Below, in pieces: positions 63,200-64,000 of a stretch of DNA of 64,000 nt (positions are counted from its first letter, which is position 1; each line of letters begins with the position of its first letter). Below the pieces are notes generated by a model. The model worked only from the letters and a program-made list of their open reading frames with translations. It was not told the origin of the DNA and did no database searches. Source of the DNA: an uncultured delta proteobacterium (GTDB lineage: Bacteria > Desulfobacterota > Desulfomonilia > Desulfomonilales > Desulfomonilaceae); assembly GCA_963747865.1 (NCBI GenBank), contig CAVVHK010000109.1, forward strand, positions 1-64,000, read 5' to 3'. The translations under genes and the position numbers were made by a program.

Positions 63200-63412
63200 T
63201 ATCAGGCTTTTGTGACTTGCTAGACTTGGCCCGCAGTTTATAAATGTTCATGATTGGGTTCCCTATTTCGGGAGTTTCCCCTTTGACAACGAATCTATCG
63301 GAACGCCGCTGTAGGAAGGCAACGACGCGACGGGACCATCCGGACTGGAAAACCATAGCACCCGGCTTTACTTAGAGAGCTCTAGTCATCTCTCAGTGGC
63401 GCCTGATACCGT

Positions 63413-63904
63413 CTACTCGCTGCTCCAGAGAAGGGGAAACCAAAAGCCCTTCAACCCTGCGGCTTGAACCCGTCGCACGAATGGGTCAGTGACAAAAACC
63501 GATCCGTCGATCTCTTGCGGAATTTTGAAGACGATCATTCCCGAGACTTTCTTTTCGAAGAATGCGAAATCGTGGATAGTCAAGACATCAGAACTGTCCT
63601 TAAATCTGACGATATCCGATCCGGATTCGTCCAAAGCGTCCACCACTCGGGTCACGTTGTAGAGGAAATACTCGGCTCCGGCGATCATCACGGGCAGGAT
63701 TTCCCCATTAGGCTCCAGCAAGTCTCTCAATGCCGCCACGGCTCTTCGAGAGAAAATGGGAACATTGGGTATCAAAGACGGAAAATCTCCTTTGGGCATG
63801 GACAACATGTCCGGATCCCATCCAATCTTCACGTCTTTACCCAGAGTCTTGACGGGAGCGCCATTGAAGCGCCTAGACATGTCAAAAAGATTACCTGCCG
63901 TCAT
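63413..63904 (-). CDS. Hypothetical protein, member 2 of the tandem paralog array
   Basis: See above. Roughly 50% identical to member 1. Confidence 0.5.
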   Translation of the reverse strand: MTAGNLFDMSRRFNGAPVKTLGKDVKIGWDPDMLSMPKGDFPSLIPNVPIFSRRAVAALRDLLEPNGEILPVMIAGAEYFLYNVTRVVDALDESGSDIVRFKDSSDVLTIHDFAFFEKKVSGMIVFKIPQEIDGSVFVTDPFVRRVQAAGLKGFWFPLLWSSE

Positions 63905-63965
63905 AATTAGGCCCCGATAACTGTTCGAAGCAGCACGCAGGAAATAGCCTTTCATGATGTAATCT

Positions 63966-64000
63966 TTATTTCCCACTCCAGAGAAGCGGAAACCAGAAGC
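63966..64000 (-). CDS. 3' end of a third paralog (C-terminal '...FWFPLLWSGK*'). The rest lies beyond the window.
   Basis: The reverse-strand translation of 63966-64000 gives FWFPLLWSGK-stop, the same tail as members 1 and 2. Confidence 0.4.
   Translation of the reverse strand, partial: FWFPLLWSGK

Overview
64 kb chromosomal window, about 52% GC overall, with gene content that looks like an anaerobic Desulfobacterota/Deltaproteobacteria-type organism (inference only). Supporting genes: a sigma54 enhancer-binding protein, 2-hydroxyacyl-CoA dehydratase/benzoyl-CoA reductase-type subunits, a Na+-decarboxylase beta subunit, ankyrin proteins and a polyferredoxin-fused GltD-like oxidoreductase.

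Recognisable housekeeping blocks:
- a fragmented N6-adenine MTase/type IIG-like gene
- a GC-rich ABC-F (uup-like) gene
- an FtsX-family permease and recR
- LUD-domain + GHMP kinase genes
- PfpI, a nucleotidyltransferase and ThiF/MoeB
- tRNA-Leu(CAG)
- thiM-thiE
- a complete trpE-trpGD-trpC-trpF-trpB-trpA operon
- SCP2, HtrA, PBP1A and a histidine kinase

At least 11 conserved genes have single frameshifts (uup, ftsX-like, recR, TPR, usp, oadB, SDR, PBP1A and others). The one site inspected (recR, ~7933-7944) fits a single-base indel consistent with an assembly error rather than pseudogenisation. The others look analogous but were not individually inspected.

The window is unusually rich in intergenic structured repeats: a roughly 38-bp REP-like palindrome family (at least 11 copies, mostly right after stop codons), composite MITE-like elements, a double-hairpin repeat in inverted orientation flanking a 1.2-kb cassette, and a roughly 130-bp nested palindrome found upstream of three genes.

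The most interesting locus is 36.6-42.0 kb. It holds a signal-peptide protein with a FecR-like N-terminus and about 10 tandem Cys-rich 'CPPGxWLNxxTCxC' modules, then a secreted coiled-coil protein. Next is a small twin-arginine (RREFF) signal peptide protein whose C-terminus is built from 15-bp tandem repeats encoding GGW(H/W/K/Y)N units. Immediately downstream are a Cys-motif (SPASM-like, no radical-SAM core) protein and a full radical SAM/SPASM enzyme. This looks like a candidate uncharacterised RiPP-type maturation system, possibly forming aromatic-to-Asn/Lys cyclophane crosslinks, whose substrate may be Tat-exported after modification.
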